From the NCBI GenBank assembly GCA_964597715.1, contig CAZQZE010000001.1, positions 1-32,696 on the forward strand: a stretch of DNA of 32,696 nucleotides. Direction: 5' to 3'. Source of the DNA: an uncultured Halobacteriales archaeon. Its GTDB lineage: Archaea > Halobacteriota > Halobacteria > Halobacteriales > Haloarculaceae. The translations under genes were made by a program, and so were the position numbers. Below the pieces are notes generated by a model, which was not told the origin of the DNA, made no database searches, and worked only from the letters and a program-made list of their open reading frames with translations. Of the stretch, positions 9,551 to 18,210 are shown one piece after another (within the stretch, counting starts at the first letter, position 1; each line of letters opens with the position of its first letter).

Positions 9551-11107
9551 TCAGTACATCTCTTCGATCCGCTTCCCTGCGCCGAGGACCGTTGCATCTT
9601 CGAAGTGACTCCCAGTGAGCATCACGCCTACTGGCAGACCGTTTGCTTTCGAAACGGGAACCGACAGCGACGGATGTCCGGTCATGTTGAACGCGCTCGT
9701 GTTGGCGAGGTTCGTCCACGCATCAGCGATGAATTCGAAGATATCAGCGTCCGGCTTGTATCGATGCGCTTGCATTGGTGTCGTCGGCATCGCGACGATG
9801 TCGAACTCCGAGAGAACGCTGTCGTAGTTGCGAGTGAGTCGGTTCCGGAGGTTCATTGCCTTCGCGTAGGAGACGGTCTGTGTCTCAGTTTTGGCGTACC
9901 CACCGACGAGAAGGGTGAGTTTCACACTCGGAGGGAAGTATCCACCCTGTGCACGACGGGCGTTCCCGAACGCGTTGATCCACCCTGTGTCGTACTCACC
10001 TTTCCAGTTGTGGCCTGCTCCCTCACCTTCGATAGCAGCGACGAATCCTTCGGCAAGTGCAACGGTATAGATGTCCATCACATCCGCATGCATGGGAACT
10101 GAGATAGATTCGACCGTGGCTCCTGCATCCTCGAGCTGGTCAAGTGCCTCGTTGACGGCTTTGTTCACTTCAGACTCATGCTCGGGCCGGTCAAAGCCCT
10201 CTTTCACCACGGCAACCGAGAGTTCAGTCACGTCCTCGGTAAGGTTCTCATGATACTGTTCAGTAGGGACGCGTTCTGGTTGTCGTGGATCTGCTGGGTC
10301 CCGGCCGGCCAGCACGGAGAGTGTCTGTGCCGCAGTTTCAATATCAGGAGCGAGCGGACCGCAGTGATCAATTGTATTTTCGATCCCAATCGCACCTGTG
10401 TATGGGACCAGTCCATGTGTCGGCTTGTGTCCGACAATTCCCGTCCACGCTGCAGGTGCACGAATTGACCCACCCTGGTCACCGCCGAGTGCCACGTCTA
10501 CCTCGCCCTGCTGCACTGCGATGGCACTTCCTCCGGAGGATCCACCAGCTAAGTGTTCGTCATCATGTGGATTAAGTGTCGGACCGAACGCACTGGAGTG
10601 GCCGTTACCGGTGAAAGCCATGTCGTCCATGTTTGTTTTCCCGACTATCGTTGCACCAGCCTCGAGTAGTCGCTCTACAACCGTTGCGTCGTGTCGGGGA
10701 GTAAATCCCTCTACCACCTGTGAGCCGCAGGTCATTTCAACCCCCCCGACCGCAATATTATCTTTGATTGCCACTTCCCATCCAGTCAGGGGTCCAGAAT
10801 CAGATCCTTCAACACGACACCGCGTAATCCAGGCGTTGAACGGATCATCGACTGCCTGTTGTTCAACCCGATAGCCAGGCTGCCGATCACCGCCTGCAAG
10901 GCTCTCATCGTTGATGATTTCACCGTACGAATGTACAACATCGTATGAGGCTAGTGTTTCCCCAACCAATTCCTTGTACTGCTCAATCTCAACTTCGGAC
11001 AAATCAAAAAAGAACTCGTCACTCAATTCCTGTATATCTTCTTTTGTCGGTGGTCTGACTGTCACAGTACCTTTTGATTGTCCTGTCATCTTCAATCTGA
11101 GGGGCAT
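9551..11107 (-). CDS. Amidase signature family enzyme, paralog of 7513..9054
   Basis: VAIKDNI, AGGSSGGSA, GGDQGGSIRAPA; shares GVEMTCGSQVxEG, DATxVERLLxAG and DPRQP with 7513..9054. The start may be ATG 11089. Confidence 0.92.
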   Translation of the reverse strand: MPLRLKMTGQSKGTVTVRPPTKEDIQELSDEFFFDLSEVEIEQYKELVGETLASYDVVHSYGEIINDESLAGGDRQPGYRVEQQAVDDPFNAWITRCRVEGSDSGPLTGWEVAIKDNIAVGGVEMTCGSQVVEGFTPRHDATVVERLLEAGATIVGKTNMDDMAFTGNGHSSAFGPTLNPHDDEHLAGGSSGGSAIAVQQGEVDVALGGDQGGSIRAPAAWTGIVGHKPTHGLVPYTGAIGIENTIDHCGPLAPDIETAAQTLSVLAGRDPADPRQPERVPTEQYHENLTEDVTELSVAVVKEGFDRPEHESEVNKAVNEALDQLEDAGATVESISVPMHADVMDIYTVALAEGFVAAIEGEGAGHNWKGEYDTGWINAFGNARRAQGGYFPPSVKLTLLVGGYAKTETQTVSYAKAMNLRNRLTRNYDSVLSEFDIVAMPTTPMQAHRYKPDADIFEFIADAWTNLANTSAFNMTGHPSLSVPVSKANGLPVGVMLTGSHFEDATVLGAGKRIEEMY

Positions 11108-11231
11108 TACCAGACTCTTATTGAGATAGTTCGGCAGTCTCTGAAGTTCATACTCAGCTTTGCACCTCGGCAGCGGAGAATGAATAAAAATCCCTGTTGG
11201 ATTTTACTACGTTCTTGTGGGTGAAGGGTTG

Positions 11232-12248
11232 TTAAATTTCACATATTCCCAAGTACTCTCGACGCTGTTCCATGCGTGCTTTGCTTGAGCGTTGGTCGTA
11301 GAATTCGTCGAGGACGGATTCTGAGACGTTTGCTCGGTCACTGAGGACCTTTTCTGGGATGTCAGCATTCAACGCGTGTGTCAGTGCGCCCCGCCGGAGT
11401 GCGTGTGGCGACACGCTTGAGGGACACTCGTAGGGGTGATCGTGACCCGTCGCATCGCACTCGACGATCTCGCGATCGTGTGGACACTCATCTGTGAATA
11501 CGCAAGGTCGAGTGAATCTGTAGCAATCTCGGCGAAGGGTTGTTCTGTGAACTTGCCCCTGCGGTGAGGAGATTAGTGGGTGCCGGTCATATTCATCCTG
11601 TACTGCAGGTCGGCGATCGGTGATCCAATCCGATACGATCTGAGAGAACTCATCAGAGAGGGCGACCAACCGTTCTCCACTCTCTTGGTTTTTAATAGAG
11701 GTTCCGGTGTCCACACGATGTTTCACCTCAAGATATTCTTCCGATGCAGTGTAGTCATCCACGTCGAGTGCACGAAGCGCTCCAACTCGCATCATCGTAT
11801 GCCACAGCAATCCGAGTACGACGTGTTGAGGGGATGCGAACTCGTATTTTTGTAAGTAGTCCAACGCTCGCTTGGCGCGGTCGCTGCTTAGCATCACGTC
11901 GCGTGATTTATTCCCATCGCTCAGGGATGGTGATCTGACCTTGGTATGCAAATCCTGCTCCACCCCGTCGATTTTCTCCAACCATCGGATGAACACTCGA
12001 AGAGTATCCATCTGGGTTTTCTCCGACGCTGGAGAGAGCTCACCATCGGCTCGTCGCCACTGGCGGTACTTGTGTAATCGTCTGCCGGACAACTCGTTCA
12101 GGTTCGCAATCGCCTGCTGCTCACACCAGCGGATGAAGTGTCCCAGACGGCACTGGTGTGACCTAAGTGTTGCTTGCGTCAGTTCTGCTTCTCTGTCTGT
12201 GAGGTACAGTTCGACAGCCTCGGCCGGTTCGATCGGTTCCAGTGCCAT
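11232..12248 (-). CDS. Tyrosine recombinase/integrase, haloarchaeal SNJ2-like family
   Basis: MALEPIEPAEAVELYL N-terminus; catalytic set R (TMMRVGAL), K (SIKN), HxxR (SPHALRRG), A (DRANVS), Y (DEFYD); Cys-rich insert CVFTDECPH...C...CPSS. Start set to ATG 12248. Confidence 0.9.
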   Translation of the reverse strand: MALEPIEPAEAVELYLTDREAELTQATLRSHQCRLGHFIRWCEQQAIANLNELSGRRLHKYRQWRRADGELSPASEKTQMDTLRVFIRWLEKIDGVEQDLHTKVRSPSLSDGNKSRDVMLSSDRAKRALDYLQKYEFASPQHVVLGLLWHTMMRVGALRALDVDDYTASEEYLEVKHRVDTGTSIKNQESGERLVALSDEFSQIVSDWITDRRPAVQDEYDRHPLISSPQGQVHRTTLRRDCYRFTRPCVFTDECPHDREIVECDATGHDHPYECPSSVSPHALRRGALTHALNADIPEKVLSDRANVSESVLDEFYDQRSSKARMEQRREYLGICEI

Positions 12249-12347
12249 GGTTCGGTTGGGGGAACCGCGATGACAGCACAAGACTGACCCCTCAAAACCG
12301 GATATGACACCGATTAAAGGGCGGTTCGTTCAGGGTCTGAATGAAAG

Positions 12348-12477
12348 CCCGCCACGCCCGTTTCCGCCGAGCGACAGCGAGACGTGAAACGGCCCGGTGA
12401 TTCGACCCCTGCCAGTTGCAGCGGCCGAGCGGAGCGAGGCCGACCATCCGGCTCCGGTCCGAATCCCGCCACGCCCG
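12348..12477. repeat. Degenerate tRNA-3'-end-like hairpin element flanked by the 13-bp direct repeat CCCGCCACGCCCG (candidate att core)
   Basis: CCCGCCACGCCCG at 12348-12360 and 12465-12477. Imperfect hairpin GATTCG(12399)...CGGCC-N11-GGCCG...CGAATC(12465). GGTCCGAATCCC resembles a T-loop. Confidence 0.65.
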
Positions 12478-12682
12478 CCTCACGGTTGCTTATACTGTCG
12501 GACAGAACATTTCGCACCCCACGTCCGACGGAGAGGGCCGAAACTGCAGGATTTCGGGCCACTGCACGACACCGGTCTTCACGTACTTCTGTCCGGCAGT
12601 ATTAATTCCGCCCGAAACACGCTCGCAAGCGCGGCACACCTCACAAACACATCGGGCTTGCCCACTGCGCCCGCGAGGTAAC

Positions 12683-13417
12683 TTATTCCGGCTCACTGCC
12701 GCCGGTGGACGAACGCCCATCAGAGCCGAGGGAGAAACTCGGCGTCCATCGCTTGGCCTGGAGCCAGCCGGTCGTCGTCAGACAGACGGCGATGAGCGGC
12801 GCAGCCGTCATGCCCCCCGGCGTCAGGACGTGACTGCCGAGAAGTGCCAGGACGGTTGCGACCCCGGCGGTCGTGTAGACGCGCGTGTAAATGAGGCTCT
12901 CACCGCGGCGCCAGGCGACGGCAAAGAGCGCGCTCCCGCCGCCGAACAGCCCCACGAGCAGCCCGGTGTGGGCCCAGTAGCCGACCTTCGGGGTGAACTC
13001 GGCCAGCAGAGAGGAGGAGGCGTCCATCGTCCAGTAAACGGAGTGCACCGGTGCGGTGATCAACAGCGTGATTGCGAGGCCAACTGTGACAGCAGCGGTG
13101 CCGTAGACGGCCCGACGTGCGGGGATGTTGGGTGTGGTGCTGGCAGTACTCGCAAACAGGAACCAGCCGAGGCCGGCGAGCAGCGCGCCGACCATGCTCA
13201 GCGAGAAGAAAAACTGGTCGACGACCGGGGTCGTGCTGAGAAACTGCACGGCGAACACCCCGTTCCAGACGCCGACACCCATGACAAGGAGTATATACGC
13301 GAGTCCATTGTCCCGGTGGCGGTAGGCGAGCCCCGTGGACACGTAGATGTAGGTGGTGAGGGCGCCGAAGATCGCCCCCGTCGTGAGCACCATGTTGAGC
13401 AGGCTTACTCCTGACAT
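12683..13417 (-). CDS. Stand-alone 7TM sensor-domain membrane protein (HisKA_7TM-like), no kinase domain
   Basis: About seven hydrophobic helices; GVGVWNG, WFLFA, ITAPVHSVYW and GYWAHT fit the histidine-kinase N-terminal 7TM region. Starts 9 nt after the upstream gene's stop. Confidence 0.7.
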   Translation of the reverse strand: MSGVSLLNMVLTTGAIFGALTTYIYVSTGLAYRHRDNGLAYILLVMGVGVWNGVFAVQFLSTTPVVDQFFFSLSMVGALLAGLGWFLFASTASTTPNIPARRAVYGTAAVTVGLAITLLITAPVHSVYWTMDASSSLLAEFTPKVGYWAHTGLLVGLFGGGSALFAVAWRRGESLIYTRVYTTAGVATVLALLGSHVLTPGGMTAAPLIAVCLTTTGWLQAKRWTPSFSLGSDGRSSTGGSEPE

Positions 13418-13426
13418 CCTGCGTGG

Positions 13427-13903
13427 CTATCGGCGTGACGGTTCGTCGGTCTCCTCGGTCTCTCTGCCGGTCCCGCTGAGGAAGGACTCGAGACACGTCA
13501 GCTGGGACAACACGGCGGTGAGACACGCCCGTGCGGCTTCCAGGTCGTCGATCCGGTACTCCTTTGTCTGGACGCACTCGCGCCGGGCCAGAATCCCCTC
13601 CTCCTCGAGCGAGTGGAGGTGTGGATAGACGGTCCCGGGGCTGAACTGGACGCCGAACTGGTGTGTGAACTCCCGGATGATGTCCATCCCGTTCGCCTCC
13701 TCACAGCGAAACAGGACCGCGATGATGAGTTCGTCGAGATACTCGCTGGCGAAGGACCGTTCGAGACGAACCCTGGTAGGCGGGGTGTCGCCGCGGCTGG
13801 CTGGTGCCGAACTGTCCGACGGCGCCAGCTGTGGTGAGGGGTCATGCTGCTGTTCGGCCTGGTCGGTGGCTTCCTCGAGAAGCGCCTTCATATCGTCGTT
13901 CAT
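13427..13903 (-). CDS. gvpE: GvpE-like (PadR-type winged HTH) transcriptional activator
   Basis: EYLDELIIAVL...GMDIIREFTHQFGVQFSPGTVYPHLHSLEEEGIL...KEYRI aligns with recalled Halobacterium GvpE (EHIDEILLLLI...GKELLQDLRRLFGADLSPGTVYPHLNDLAVEGVL...KVYRL); amphipathic Leu-rich C-terminal helix. Start ATG 13903, 158 aa. Orthology versus a generic haloarchaeal PadR paralog is unproven. Confidence 0.65.
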   Translation of the reverse strand: MNDDMKALLEEATDQAEQQHDPSPQLAPSDSSAPASRGDTPPTRVRLERSFASEYLDELIIAVLFRCEEANGMDIIREFTHQFGVQFSPGTVYPHLHSLEEEGILARRECVQTKEYRIDDLEAARACLTAVLSQLTCLESFLSGTGRETEETDEPSRR

Positions 13904-14195
13904 GGTTCGTAACTGTCTGGTACTGAAACTGTCCGGCCACTCGGCTCGTCGGGGTGCCCCGGTAGTCCGGTCTGTCGCTGCTGTCGCCTCGTGGCTGCCG
14001 GTGTGACCCGCGGGACCGGACGAAAAGCCGACTGATGCCGGAGTCGGGTGGGGACTGCACTGGGGGGGACAGAGTGTGGGGGGTCGTGGGGGAGATGTCG
14101 ACCACGTCTGTGCTCCGGCATCGCTCGAACCGAGGAGGCATATCCCGTTAGGCGCTCTGGGTGAATGTTCGCGTCGGTGCCGGGACTGGGGGTGA

Positions 14196-17100
14196 CTATT
14201 CACCCCCGTTGTCGAATACCGTGTCGAAGAGGGTCCGCTCGGCGGCCCTGACGTGGCGGTAAAACGTCTGTGGCGACACACCGAGCTGGTCGGCGACATC
14301 CTCGCCGGTATTGGAACGAGGGGACTCGAAAAAGCCACTGTCGTAGGCGGTCTGTAGCACCTCCTGCTGGCGGGGCGTCAGCTTCGACCGGTACGGCTCC
14401 TCGGTCCTGGTGTCGGTGTGGTCCTGCTCGCTTTTCGAGACGAGTTCGGGGTCACCGTACCGCGACTCCAGGTCCTCGAACAGCTCCCGGACGTCGACAG
14501 TGTCGGGGACCGAGAGCCGGAACTCCGCGGCCTCGGCGTCGGCGGTGGCGTCGAGCACGCGAATCCCGCGGTCGGCGAAGTAGTCGGTGAGTGACGTGCT
14601 CGAGACCTGTAGCTCGACGATATCCTCGTCGCCCGCCTCCACGGGCGACGCCTCGGAGAGTGCGGCGACCTTCTCGGCGATTTCGGTAACCGTTGCCGGG
14701 GTGGCCCCCTCCACGCGGACGCGTTTCAGGATATCGCCGCCGGGTTGAGGGGTAACGGTCCTCAGGACCAGCGAGCAGCCCGCCTCCGAGGCAATGTAGT
14801 AGAGCGGAATACGGTCGTCGGTGAACTGGACCGTCACCTCCGTCATCGTGCCGGAGAGGACCGCGTGCTGGTGGTCCACCGTGTTCATCAGGTTCGCGAC
14901 CTTCTGGCTGAGGTCGGACAGTGCCAGCCGCGACAGCTCGTCGAAAAAGTCCTCGCGCTCCGCGTAGACGGTGAGCGTCCCATAGGAGATATCCTTGTAC
15001 CGAAGCGGGAGGCTGAGAACCGACCGAAAGCCGTGTGAAAGGGCGGCCTTGCGCCAGGCCTCGTCCTGTAGACTGTCCGCGGCGTCCGGGACGTACACCG
15101 GCTTCTCGGTGACCGCGGCCCGCGCTGCGGGCTCGAAGTTGTCGTGGAGTGTGCCCGAGACGGCGTCGAGATACCGGTCTGCCTGCGGCCCGCCGGCCCA
15201 CTCTCTGGGGACCAGCGACTGGTCCTCGGAGTCGAACCCGCTGACCCTGACCATCGCAATCCCGTCTGACGTGGACAGGTGGTCACAGACGCCACGCTCG
15301 ATATCCGTCCGGGTGTCGGCCTGCGCGACCCTCTGCCCGATCTCACGGACTGTCGCGTTGAGCTGACGTAACTCCCCGAGTTGGCGGTTCTGTGCCTCGA
15401 GTTCCGCCGTCCGTGCCTGTAGCTTGCTTCCCCGTTCGACACGGTCGAGTGCCGTCTCGGCCGTCGCTGTCAGTGTTTCCACCAGCTCCACGTCCCCGTC
15501 GGTCACCGCCGAATCCGTCTCGCCGAAGAGACAGACGGCGTGGTCGTTGAGCGGGACGACAAACGCCCCCGTGACCGGGAGTGACGGTGTGGTGCCCGTC
15601 GCGCTGACCGTCTTCGGCTCCTCGTCGAGAAACGTCTCCCCGACGATACTGTCGTCCCCGAGAGCCACCGGGCCGAGGGCCGACCTGTCGACGGTCTCAC
15701 TGCTGACCGCAGCAGGGCACAACACCCCCTCGGAGGGGTCGAACAGGTAGACAACGACAACGGGCATCGAGAGGATGTCGGTCGCGGCCTCGACAATACT
15801 CCCGGCGACCGCCGTCTTCGACTCGGCGGCGAGAAGGTCCCGTGCGGAGCCGTGAAGCGCCGTCAGCGTCCGTTCGTACTGCTCGCGGTCGGTCACGTCA
15901 CGGATGACGAGCAGGTGTCGGCCCGGCAGGATATCGGGCGTCGCCGCGAGTTCGGCGATACAGTCGGCGCCCGTCGCGGTACGCAGCGGGACAGTTGCCC
16001 GTTCGGGGCGTGTCCCACGGGTGTCCTGCCACGGCCACGTGCGCTCCTGTGCGTCCGGGACGAAGTCGACGAACGACCGGCCCAGGAGTTCCTCGCGTGG
16101 CGTCTCGAATAGCTCGCAGGCCGCCGGGTTCGCGTCGACGTGTGTGCCGGTGTCGTCGGTGACGACCATCGCGTCGAAGGCTCTCTCGAACAGCGAGCGA
16201 AACCGCTGCTCGCTCGCGCGCATCGCCTGTTCGGCACGGTACCCCTCGACGGCGTTCGAGACCCGGTGGGCCAGCTTCTCGTAGTGGTCGGTGTCGGACT
16301 GCTTTCTGAAGTAGTCGGTGACACCGGCCGAGACTGCCTCGGCGGCGGTCTCCTCGTCACTGTTGCCCGTGAGCATCAGAAACGGCAGGTCGGGGTGGCG
16401 CTCGCGCACCAACCCGAGAAAGTCCAGCCCGTCGACCCCGGGCATTGCGTAGTCCGAAACGACACAGTCGACGGGACTGTCCTCGAGACGGGCCAGCGCC
16501 TCCTGGGGGTCCGTCTCGGCGACGACTGTGTCGACCCCGTCGTTCAGTTCGAGGTACTCGGCGACCATGTCGGCGTAGCCGGGTTCGTCGTCGACTAGTA
16601 GCACGCGAACCGGGCGGTCGCCTGCGGTCGGGCGCAGGGACGACGCCGAACCGCCCTGTGCCTGCTGGAGGGGGGGTTGCGCCCCCGGACTACCGGCCGC
16701 CCGGTGCCCGGTCGACCCGTTGCCCCGGTCGGGCGGCTCGTAGCGGGTATTGTGAGTGACGGTCCCGTCGTCGAGCAGAAGGGGGTGATTGTGGACAACG
16801 TCGGAGATGGCCTCCGGCGGGAATCTGTTGCGGTTGTACTGACAGAGCGCAACACAGTCCTCGCCGGCCAGGGCGGGGTTGAGAAGCGCCTCGTACTCCG
16901 CAAGGGCGTCGAGACCGGTCCCGCTGTCGAGTGCCCACGTCATCTCGACGGCGGTCCGGAGTCTCTCGAACCCCTGACCCCGGGCTCGCTCGCGTGCTTC
17001 CGTCCAGAACTCGACCGTCGCTGCCCGGTCGAACTCACCCGTCCTGAGCTGCACCTCCTCCGGCGTTCGAACCGCGAGCGCACCGGAGCCCCTGGCCGCT

Positions 17101-17336
17101 GCGACATCGACACCGCCGTCCCTGAGGGCGACGCGCACGGCCTCGGCGGTGTTGTCGTGGACCACGTACAGACACCGCTCGTTCTGTTGTAGCCCCTGGC
17201 GGAGAAAGGAGGCGACGGTCTCGAGTTGCTCGTCGCTGTCCTCGTAGACAGAGGCGAGGTGGGCGGTACGCCCGCCCAGTCCCGCCCCGCCGGTCGGCCG
17301 GTCGTGCCCGAAGGAGACGCCGCTGGAGTCACTCAT
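14196..17336 (-). CDS. Multi-sensor Bat-type transcriptional activator: MEDS-REC-PAS-GAF-GAF-BAT-HTH_10
   Basis: MEDS (HLASVYE...FLRQGLQQNERCLYV...EMTWAL...ALCQYNRNRF...HP); REC (LLVDDE, VVSDYAMP, LTG, DYFRK); PAS (DANPAACELF); two GAF-like regions; HTH_10 (LTPRQQEVLQTAYDSGFFESPR...HVRAAE). Start ATG 17336, 1046 aa. Confidence 0.85.
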   Translation of the reverse strand: MSDSSGVSFGHDRPTGGAGLGGRTAHLASVYEDSDEQLETVASFLRQGLQQNERCLYVVHDNTAEAVRVALRDGGVDVAAARGSGALAVRTPEEVQLRTGEFDRAATVEFWTEARERARGQGFERLRTAVEMTWALDSGTGLDALAEYEALLNPALAGEDCVALCQYNRNRFPPEAISDVVHNHPLLLDDGTVTHNTRYEPPDRGNGSTGHRAAGSPGAQPPLQQAQGGSASSLRPTAGDRPVRVLLVDDEPGYADMVAEYLELNDGVDTVVAETDPQEALARLEDSPVDCVVSDYAMPGVDGLDFLGLVRERHPDLPFLMLTGNSDEETAAEAVSAGVTDYFRKQSDTDHYEKLAHRVSNAVEGYRAEQAMRASEQRFRSLFERAFDAMVVTDDTGTHVDANPAACELFETPREELLGRSFVDFVPDAQERTWPWQDTRGTRPERATVPLRTATGADCIAELAATPDILPGRHLLVIRDVTDREQYERTLTALHGSARDLLAAESKTAVAGSIVEAATDILSMPVVVVYLFDPSEGVLCPAAVSSETVDRSALGPVALGDDSIVGETFLDEEPKTVSATGTTPSLPVTGAFVVPLNDHAVCLFGETDSAVTDGDVELVETLTATAETALDRVERGSKLQARTAELEAQNRQLGELRQLNATVREIGQRVAQADTRTDIERGVCDHLSTSDGIAMVRVSGFDSEDQSLVPREWAGGPQADRYLDAVSGTLHDNFEPAARAAVTEKPVYVPDAADSLQDEAWRKAALSHGFRSVLSLPLRYKDISYGTLTVYAEREDFFDELSRLALSDLSQKVANLMNTVDHQHAVLSGTMTEVTVQFTDDRIPLYYIASEAGCSLVLRTVTPQPGGDILKRVRVEGATPATVTEIAEKVAALSEASPVEAGDEDIVELQVSSTSLTDYFADRGIRVLDATADAEAAEFRLSVPDTVDVRELFEDLESRYGDPELVSKSEQDHTDTRTEEPYRSKLTPRQQEVLQTAYDSGFFESPRSNTGEDVADQLGVSPQTFYRHVRAAERTLFDTVFDNGGE

Positions 17337-17862
17337 GCCTGGCGACCACACCCGTCGTGGCAGGTGGCTCGTCTCCCACGCGGTCCCGCGCGAGCGCCGG
17401 GGCATCCGGTGGCGGGGCCACCGACAGCCCGACGACCGCGACAGGGGACGACCTGTCACCCGGGGGCGGACACACGCTCGGGGCGCTGGTACCGGTCACG
17501 ACGGGTGCCGGGCGTTGGTCTGCCAGGGGGACGCAGCTGCCGTTCCCGGGTGGAGCGTGTCTGTTCACACAGGGAGAGTCGGCTTACGGCGATAAAGTAG
17601 CTGTGGCGCATTTCGAGGGTTGAAAACGAGGGCCCGGCGACGTCCGGGGGACCGAGCCGGAGGCCGCCAGACAGGACGGCTGAACAGCCCGCCCACGTGG
17701 ACGATAGACTGTGTGTGCTACCGGTGGCGGTGGGGACCGGCCGACGGAGGCCCTGCGCGCCGCCGATGCGTCACCGACCGGGGCTGCCATACTGCCGGCT
17801 GTGCGTCTGTTGAGAAGCTCGCCATCCCGGGGTAGTACCTTGACGACGGGACAGCGGCGGTA

Positions 17863-18210
17863 TCAGAGCGCTTTGCCCTGCAGTTCGCTCCGCTTGAACC
17901 GCTGCTGGAGCGAGTACTCCTCGACCGTCCCGGTCCTCGAGAGGTGAAGCTCGTACCGGCCGATGATGTCCTGTGTATCGGGGACCGCACTGCGTTCGAC
18001 GACCTCAAACAGCGCACGCCAGCCGCCGCCCTCGGCGCGTTCGACCGACGTGATCCCGTCGAAGGGCTGACCGAGGAGCGACTCGGCGACCTCGGACACC
18101 CGCTCGCGGACGTCGAGGACAGTTAGCTCCTCGTCCTCGGGCGAACCGGCTGTCGCGTCGTCGTCGGGTTCGTCCTGTTGCTCCGAGTCGAGCGACTGCT
18201 GGTCGGTCAT
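17863..18210 (-). CDS. gvpO: Gas vesicle protein GvpO
   Basis: LLGQPFDGI...WRALFEVVERSAVPDTQDIIGRYEL...RFKR is characteristic of GvpO; overlaps gvpN. Confidence 0.93.
   Translation of the reverse strand: MTDQQSLDSEQQDEPDDDATAGSPEDEELTVLDVRERVSEVAESLLGQPFDGITSVERAEGGGWRALFEVVERSAVPDTQDIIGRYELHLSRTGTVEEYSLQQRFKRSELQGKAL

Larger units (their letters stand above)
1..12360. mobile_element. Probable integrative genomic island carrying amide uptake/catabolism genes (right end in window, left end beyond it)
   Basis: Lower GC than the adjacent DNA, a terminal tyrosine integrase, and a GC step coinciding with a 13-bp direct repeat at 12348-12360. Confidence 0.6.

Noticed and set aside
12300-12500. 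tRNA, SRP RNA or RNase P RNA gene next to the integrase
   Set aside because: Only a T-loop-like fragment is present. I could not build a cloverleaf or find SRP or RNase P conserved motifs.
12416-13414. Long antisense or alternate-frame ORFs (e.g. 12416..13414, 19529..20548, 26856..28211, 27512..29074, 28905..30338, 31367..32602)
   Set aside because: These are shadows of well-supported genes in high-GC DNA, with no family motifs.
13904-14338. 145-aa N-terminal extension of the GvpE-like ORF in the track
   Set aside because: It is Pro/Ser/Arg-rich and non-acidic, overlaps the upstream gene and runs through G/C tracts. ATG 13903 gives a GvpE-like size.
16000-16200. LOV photoreceptor domain in the Bat-type activator
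   Set aside because: The PAS reads LLGRSFVDFV, with no NCRFLQ cysteine motif.
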